Part shown: piece after piece, positions 63,473-64,000 of the stretch
Layout: every line of letters starts with the position of its first letter
Position numbering within the stretch: position 1 is the first letter of the stretch
From: Ginglymostoma cirratum
Lineage: Eukaryota
Direction of reading: 5' to 3'
Assembly: GCA_024137785.1 (NCBI GenBank)
Contig: JAHRHZ010000068.1
Location: 1,293,425 to 1,357,424 of the forward strand
Length of the DNA: 64,000 nt
The notes under the pieces: model-generated
The model's input: the letters and a program-made list of their open reading frames with translations, nothing else
What the model was told of the DNA's origin: nothing
Database searches by the model: none
Made by a program: the position numbers and the translations under genes

Positions 63473-64000
63473 CTGTCACCTTCCACTGGGTTATTGCACT
63501 GGAGATCAAGGCCCACTATTCCTGGAGTCATCTGCGATTTAATCCAACTATCCAAAATCACTAATTTACCTGACTGACATTCCTAGGTGAAAAGAAAACA
63601 CTTGTCAGGTTTCTGTTTTAACATGAAAATAACTATTTATTGCAAACATTTGTTTTTTAGTTGTTGGCAATCAAGAAGCATGAATTGCTAACTTATTGCC
63701 CTCTGTAACCTAAACTCTACCCCTTTTACAAAATTCCCATACACATACAGACACATAAAGAAACAAAACCAGACACAGATATTATAGATGGGAAAGGAAC
63801 AAAAAAAAAGTCTGTGAAGTATAATTCTGACACCATTCTGGATTCTAGGTGTTGTTGAGATGTTTTCCTTCAGTTATCTTCGAGTTCCTTTGAAATGCTA
63901 CATGAGGACATGAGGTCGTGGACACACAATCTATTACTCACCTGTTAAAGATTAATTCTTTCCGAGAGTGACTCTTAAGATGCTTTTTTCCCTTCTTCTT
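63473..64000 (-). mobile_element. Possible LTR fragment (truncated by window end)
   Basis: Begins TGTCAC with TTTATT (reverse AATAAA) at ~63636; no partner or TSD visible. Confidence 0.25.

Overview
Eukaryotic, AT-rich, repeat-dense DNA from a shark/elasmobranch (inferred from eight HE1-type tRNA-derived SINEs and abundant shark-type Penelope-like elements), with one 400-N assembly gap (24029-24428). No host protein-coding exon could be confidently recognised; the window looks intronic or intergenic, and almost all listed ORFs are chance frames or repeat remnants. Recognisable content: HE1 SINEs, Deu- and Meta-like SINEs, a short tRNA-derived SINE, CR1/L2/Rex1-Babar LINE ends, a solo LTR with a 5-bp TSD, a Tigger-like MITE, and many Penelope-like (PLE) pieces carrying minimal type I hammerhead ribozyme motifs, several as fold-back elements flanked by 15-16 bp direct repeats. 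The most unusual structure is on the minus strand at ~11.7-17.1 kb: a decayed, RT-less Gypsy gag-pro-RH-IN body lacking recognisable LTRs, joined upstream to a degraded reading frame resembling a bunyavirus L (RdRp) protein. This is a candidate non-retroviral RNA virus EVE-retrotransposon chimera. All protein similarities are by eye from recalled family motifs and need database confirmation.
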